From Anoxybacillus pushchinoensis (GTDB taxonomy: Bacteria > Bacillota > Bacilli > Bacillales > Anoxybacillaceae): a stretch of DNA of 24,000 nucleotides. This document shows positions 19,927-24,000 of this stretch, in pieces. The DNA is taken from contig NZ_FOJQ01000011.1 in the NCBI RefSeq assembly GCF_900111795.1, positions 15,220-39,219 of the forward strand, given 5' to 3'. The position numbers and the translations under genes are program-made. The first letter of the stretch is position 1; each line of letters opens with the position of its first letter. A model generated the notes under the pieces. That model did no database searches, had not been told where the DNA came from, and saw only the letters and a program-made list of their open reading frames with translations.

Positions 19927-21663
19927 TTAAAACAACTCCTTGCATTTTGTATAAACTTCGTGCGGTAAGAACGGATTGCCGTCATATTTCAGCACGTTAA
20001 ACACTTTTTCAGCATGTCCAACGTTCATTTTCAAAATGTTAGCAAGTTGTCCTGTTGCGTTATTTTCAACAACAACTACTTTTTTCGCTGACTGCACAAG
20101 CGGCAACATTTCTTCCGTTGGGAACGGATGAATGAGACGAACATGAGCGTGGTTTACTTTTATACCGTCGCGCTCTAAACGTTCCATCGCCTCTTCAATC
20201 GCCCCACGCGTCGAGTTAAACCCAACGATCAATAAATCCGCATCTTCATGCTGCACATGTTTATGAACTGGTGTCGGGAATTGAAGATGTTTTAGCTTCC
20301 GTAAACGCTTATCCATTTGCACAATACGATTTGCTGCTACTTCGGATGGACGGCCCGTCTCATCGTGCTCGACACCTGTCACATGGTGAATTCCATTTTT
20401 CATACCTGGCAATACGCGAGGTGACACGCCATCTTCTGTCACTTCATATCGCTTGAAGCAACCTTTATCCGGAATTTCAGGAAGTTCTCCTGTGACAAGC
20501 TTACCGCGACGAATATCAATTTTATCGTACTCAAGCGGCTCTACTGTTTGCTTTCCTAACGAGAGCTGTAAGTCTGTTAAAACGATAACTGGGCATTGAT
20601 ACTCTTCCGCAATGTTAAACGCTTCGATCATATCATAAAACGCCTCTTGTACAGTACTTGGCGCCATGACTACTTTCGGAATCTCTCCATGCGTACCGTA
20701 AATCATTGCCATTAAATCAGATTGTTCTTGTTTTGTCGGTAGACCTGTGCTCGGACCGCCGCGTTGCGTATCAACGATAACGATTGGCGTTTCTGTAATC
20801 CCAGCTAATCCGATCGCTTCCATCATGAGCGAAAGACCCGGCCCAGCAGAAGCAGTTAACGTGCGTACTCCTGCGTAATTTGCACCGATAGCCATTGTAC
20901 ACGCCGCAATTTCATCTTCTGTTTGAATGACCGTACCACCGAACTGTGGAAGCTTTTTAATTAAATATTCCATAATTTCAGAAGCTGGCGTAATTGGATA
21001 AGCAGCCATGAAGCGCGCGCCACCAGCTAGAGCACCGAGCGCAATGGCGTCATTCCCAATCATAAACATTCTCTTTTTGCCGTCCGCTTTTTCAAGTTGC
21101 ATTAATTGAATATTTTCACCAAGTTGTTCACGCATAAACTGAGCGCCCGCTCTGATCGCTTCCATGTTTTTTGCAACAACTTGTTCACCTTTGCGACCGA
21201 AAATCTCCTGAACGACCCCTTCGTATACACGAATGTCAAGACCGAGTACTGCGCTTGAGGCTCCGACTGCAACCATGTTTTTCATTAATGCTGTCCCTAG
21301 CCCTGTTGCAATATCAGTGAATGGAACCGCATACAACTTAGCTCTTGACTCGTCTGGAATCGTCGGATTAAACTTCGCATCCGCAATAACGATCCCACCT
21401 TGACGCAACTCATGAAAGTTGAAATCAATCGTCTCTTGGTCAAAAGCTACTAATATATCAAGATCATCGGCAATTGAACGAACTTGTGTCGTGCTAACAC
21501 GAATTTTATTGTTCGTGTGACCACCTTTAATTCGAGATGAAAAGTGGCGATAACCGTATAAATAGTAGCCTAGTCGGTTGAGCGCAATGGAGAATATCTC
21601 CCCTGTACTTTCAATACCTTCCCCTTGTTGTCCTCCAACTTTCCACGAAAGTTGACTAATCAT
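19927..21663 (-). CDS. korA: 2-oxoacid (2-oxoglutarate):ferredoxin oxidoreductase, alpha subunit
   Basis: 578 aa. MISQLSWKVGGQQGEGIESTGEIF… is the fused gamma/alpha-type domain organisation typical of KorA. SD AAAGGGGTG lies upstream. Confidence 0.9.
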   Translation of the reverse strand: MISQLSWKVGGQQGEGIESTGEIFSIALNRLGYYLYGYRHFSSRIKGGHTNNKIRVSTTQVRSIADDLDILVAFDQETIDFNFHELRQGGIVIADAKFNPTIPDESRAKLYAVPFTDIATGLGTALMKNMVAVGASSAVLGLDIRVYEGVVQEIFGRKGEQVVAKNMEAIRAGAQFMREQLGENIQLMQLEKADGKKRMFMIGNDAIALGALAGGARFMAAYPITPASEIMEYLIKKLPQFGGTVIQTEDEIAACTMAIGANYAGVRTLTASAGPGLSLMMEAIGLAGITETPIVIVDTQRGGPSTGLPTKQEQSDLMAMIYGTHGEIPKVVMAPSTVQEAFYDMIEAFNIAEEYQCPVIVLTDLQLSLGKQTVEPLEYDKIDIRRGKLVTGELPEIPDKGCFKRYEVTEDGVSPRVLPGMKNGIHHVTGVEHDETGRPSEVAANRIVQMDKRLRKLKHLQFPTPVHKHVQHEDADLLIVGFNSTRGAIEEAMERLERDGIKVNHAHVRLIHPFPTEEMLPLVQSAKKVVVVENNATGQLANILKMNVGHAEKVFNVLKYDGNPFLPHEVYTKCKELF

Positions 21664-21795
21664 GTCTTACACCCCTTTAAAGTTCCATCAATTGTAACAT
21701 TACATTGTACGATTATAAGTGTAGCACTTTTCCAAGAAAAGCTCTACCATTTCACATTGATTTTTTTCGAAAAATTTCATATACTAAACGCTTTC

Positions 21796-21824
21796 ATTCT
21801 AGCCCTATTGAAAAGAAATTGCAA
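21796..21824 (-). promoter_or_regulatory. Candidate sigma-A promoter TTGCAA-17-TAGAAT upstream of korAB (a second candidate -10, TATAAT, is at 21712-21717)
   Basis: Hexamers read on the minus strand. The -35 lies inside a 20-bp near-palindrome (21819-21838). Which promoter is used cannot be decided from sequence. Confidence 0.3.
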
Positions 21825-21862
21825 CATATTTGTTACAAAAGTGTGAATTTCTTTTTCATTTT

Positions 21863-22792
21863 TTATTGAGGAATTCGCTCATAAAAATTACAAAACAAAA
21901 ACTTTTTCACTTGTTCTTCTTTAAAATGCTTTAACAATTCGTCAATAAAATGTGTGTAGTGCGCAACGTTTCCTAATTGTTCGACCGTTTCAAAAATGCC
22001 ATCAAAGTCAGATCCGAACCCGATATGGTTTTCTCCACCTAACGAACAAATATGATCAATATGACGGAGCACATCTGTTACTGTCGTTTTCTGGACATCA
22101 TGACGCAAAAATTGCGGCACAAACGTCACACCAATCACCCCGTTTTTCTTAATGAGCGCTTGAATTTGATCATCGCGCAAATTGCGGGGATGCGGACAAA
22201 CTGTATAAGCATTCGAGTGTGAAGCAATCGGGTAATGAGCCAATTCAATGACATCCCAAAACGCACGTTCACTTAAATGCGACACATCTGTCCAACATTG
22301 TTGTTCATTTAACAAATGAACAACATCTTTTCCAAATTTGGTTAATCCACCACCACGTTGTTCAAGTGCACCGTCAGCTACCATGTTGGCATCATTCCAT
22401 GTTAATCCAACGGAACGAACGCCGAGACGGAGCAATGTACGCAATTGTATTAAGCTTTCTCCAATCGCTTCACATCCTTCCAATGTAAGCATAGCCCCAA
22501 CTTCATTTGGCTGCAATTGATCAATTTCTCTTTTTGAGCGGACCATTTTCATATTTGGTTGTGAAACAATTTTCTCATAAAAATAATCAACCATCTCTAA
22601 AGCGACAAAAAAGCGCGACTCCGGTCTTACTTGTTTCGGAATATAAATCGCAAACGCTTGTACAGTTACTCCCGCCTGTTTCAAGCCATCGTACGTCACA
22701 TGTAACGATGTGCTCCGTTCAAATGACAAATGTTGATCACAAAATAATTGGTATAAAACATCACAATGAGCATCAAATATACGCACAACCAT
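21863..22792 (-). CDS. Membrane-dipeptidase-family (peptidase M19) metallopeptidase
   Basis: MVVRIFDAHCDVLYQL…HSNAY…GFGSDFDGI shows the M19 family metal-ligand patterns. The upstream ATG at 22828 has no SD and lies next to the spoVS terminator. GGAGGG abuts the ATG at 22792, so the GTG at 22786 (6-nt spacing) may be the true start. Confidence 0.85.
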   Translation of the reverse strand: MVVRIFDAHCDVLYQLFCDQHLSFERSTSLHVTYDGLKQAGVTVQAFAIYIPKQVRPESRFFVALEMVDYFYEKIVSQPNMKMVRSKREIDQLQPNEVGAMLTLEGCEAIGESLIQLRTLLRLGVRSVGLTWNDANMVADGALEQRGGGLTKFGKDVVHLLNEQQCWTDVSHLSERAFWDVIELAHYPIASHSNAYTVCPHPRNLRDDQIQALIKKNGVIGVTFVPQFLRHDVQKTTVTDVLRHIDHICSLGGENHIGFGSDFDGIFETVEQLGNVAHYTHFIDELLKHFKEEQVKKFLFCNFYERIPQ

Positions 22793-22832
22793 CCCTCCAT
22801 TAGACGCGTTCAGTTCCAAAACAATCATAAGA

Positions 22833-22867
22833 TAAAAATAACCTGTTTGCTTTTAAGCAAACAGGTT
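22833..22867 (-). terminator. Rho-independent terminator after spoVS
   Basis: Minus-strand AACCTGTTTGC-TTAAAA-GCAAACAGGTT forms a perfect 11-bp stem followed by ATTTTTAT. Confidence 0.75.
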
Positions 22868-22875
22868 TATGTTTA

Positions 22876-23136
22876 TTAACGCGGTTCAACGATCAGTTTG
22901 ATCGCCGTCCGCTCCTCTCCATCAATTTGAATATCCGTAAACGCAGGAATACAAATGAGATCGACTCCGCTCGGTGCTACGAATCCTCGCGCGATCGCTA
23001 CTGCCTTAACGGCCTGATTCAATGCACCTGCGCCAATGGCTTGAATTTCAGCGGCACCGCGTTCTCTTAACACGCCTGCAAGTGCACCAGCTACGGAATT
23101 AGGATTAGATTTTGCTGAAACTTTTAATATTTCCAT
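22876..23136 (-). CDS. spoVS: Stage V sporulation protein S
   Basis: 86 aa. MEILKVSAKSNPNSVAGALAGVLRERGAAEIQAIGAGALNQAVKAVAIARGF… closely resembles Bacillus SpoVS as I recall it. SD GAGGGGGA lies upstream. Confidence 0.95.
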   Translation of the reverse strand: MEILKVSAKSNPNSVAGALAGVLRERGAAEIQAIGAGALNQAVKAVAIARGFVAPSGVDLICIPAFTDIQIDGEERTAIKLIVEPR

Positions 23137-23194
23137 TTCTAGTTCCCCCTCGTTTCTTACAATTGCTTATAAAAAGCTGTACTATTCATTATAT

Positions 23195-23222
23195 ATTCAT
23201 CCCTGTTTGCTTGTATTCCTGC
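23195..23222 (-). promoter_or_regulatory. Sigma-H-type promoter upstream of spoVS
   Basis: The minus strand reads GCAGGAATA, 12 nt, then GATGAAT. This fits the B. subtilis sigma-H consensus RnAGGAwWW-N11-12-RnnGAAT. B. subtilis spoVS is known to be sigma-H dependent. Confidence 0.5.
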
Positions 23223-23261
23223 TACACTATGTATTTTTTCAGAAAAATATAAAAAGAGGGA

Positions 23262-24000
23262 CTAATCAAAATAAGGGTGATCATCATTAATCATGATACG
23301 CTGAATTGATTTTGTTTTTCCATTTTTTTCGTCCAATTCAATAAGGACAGCGTTCAATTGCGTCCTCCCTGCCGTAACTTCAAAACGCACCGGCAAACCT
23401 GTTAAAAATTTGCGCAGTACTGCCTCACGATCTACTCCTAAAACACCATCATAAGGCCCGGTCATGCCGACATCGGTGATATAACCTGTTCCATTTGGCA
23501 AAATACGTGAATCAGCTGTTTGAACGTGTGTATGCGTGCCGACAACAGCGCTTACTCGGCCGTCTAAATGCCATCCCATCGCTTGTTTCTCACTCGTGGC
23601 TTCCGCATGAAAATCAACAAAAATAAACGGGGTGCGGGCAAGAGCTATTTCCACTAATTCGTCTGCTTTTTTGAACGGGCAATCGATCACTGGCAAAAAT
23701 GTTCTTCCTTGCAAACTAATTACAGCTATTTCATACCCTTCGACATGAATGAACACCATTCCTTTTCCAGGTGTACCAGCTGGAAAATTAGCTGGGCGAA
23801 CGAGCATTTTTGCTTGATCAATAAATTCGAAAACTTCTCGATTGTCCCATGCGTGGTTACCAAGCGTTACAACATGCACCCCGATTTCTAAAAAGCGACG
23901 GTATATTTTTTCTGTAATTCCCTTTCCCCCCGCTGCATTTTCCCCATTTACAATAACCACATGTGGCTTGTATTTCTCTTTAAGTTTTGGCACGTATTCA
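23262..24000 (-). CDS. ymdB: YmdB-family metallophosphoesterase (2',3'-cyclic-nucleotide phosphodiesterase); the 5' end lies beyond the window
   Basis: …VPKLKEKYKPHVVIVNGENAAGGKGIT…GNHAWD…FHAEATSEK…GTHTHVQTAD… are TIGR00282-type motifs. The reading frame stays open to position 24000, so the track's M at 23993 is an internal GTG (Val). It lies upstream of spoVS, as in B. subtilis. Confidence 0.9.
   Translation of the reverse strand, partial: EYVPKLKEKYKPHVVIVNGENAAGGKGITEKIYRRFLEIGVHVVTLGNHAWDNREVFEFIDQAKMLVRPANFPAGTPGKGMVFIHVEGYEIAVISLQGRTFLPVIDCPFKKADELVEIALARTPFIFVDFHAEATSEKQAMGWHLDGRVSAVVGTHTHVQTADSRILPNGTGYITDVGMTGPYDGVLGVDREAVLRKFLTGLPVRFEVTAGRTQLNAVLIELDEKNGKTKSIQRIMINDDHPYFD

Noticed and set aside
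21819-21838. The korA upstream palindrome as a Rex, TnrA/GlnR, Crp/Fnr or cre site
   Set aside because: The half-site sequence and spacing do not fit the consensus sequences as I recall them. TnrA needs TGTNA-N7-TNACA, Rex is roughly TTGTGAA-N4-TTCACAA, and cre needs a central CG. I kept it only as an unassigned palindrome.
1-24000. Window-wide search for CRISPR repeats, IS or transposase ends, integrases, tRNA/rRNA genes, phage or defence-type genes and toxin-antitoxin pairs
   Set aside because: I found none by eye. Every ORF of meaningful size is accounted for by a recognisable housekeeping, sporulation or metabolic family. Intergenic spaces are short and explained by terminators and promoters. 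A computational repeat search would be needed to exclude short dispersed repeats.

Overview
This window is conserved chromosomal backbone from an endospore-forming Bacillaceae. The proteins look Anoxybacillus/Geobacillus-like and the DNA is fairly AT-rich by eye; both points are impressions, not computed. Every gene but one is on the minus strand. In transcription order (high to low coordinate) they are: ymdB (5' end cut by the window), spoVS, an M19 dipeptidase, korA-korB (2-oxoacid:ferredoxin oxidoreductase), miaB, ricA (ymcA), cotE, mutS, mutL, miaA, hfq, spoVK, an acyl-CoA ligase, a truncated acyl-CoA dehydrogenase fused out of frame to the 3' end of a second ligase, a 3-hydroxyacyl-CoA dehydrogenase and a thiolase. 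A single plus-strand TRIC/UPF0126 membrane protein gene follows, then hflX, ynbB, glnR and glnA (3' end cut by the window). The six-frame track did not list glnA. I found it by translating the minus strand from 868 down to position 1. I moved several track ORF starts to internal start codons that have Shine-Dalgarno sequences: hflX, mutS, cotE, korB, the dipeptidase and the thiolase. Readable non-coding features include seven rho-independent terminators, tandem GlnR/TnrA boxes over a near-consensus sigma-A promoter upstream of glnR, a sigma-H-type promoter upstream of spoVS, and a sigma-E-type -10 upstream of cotE. I saw no rRNA, tRNA, CRISPR array, transposase, integrase, phage gene, toxin-antitoxin pair or defence-like gene. 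I do not see convincing evidence for a novel system here. The most unusual feature is a deletion scar inside the fatty-acid-degradation-type cluster (about 6777-7588). The other observations are modest: a His/Cys-rich RicA tail, palindromes upstream of korA, and synteny differences from B. subtilis.
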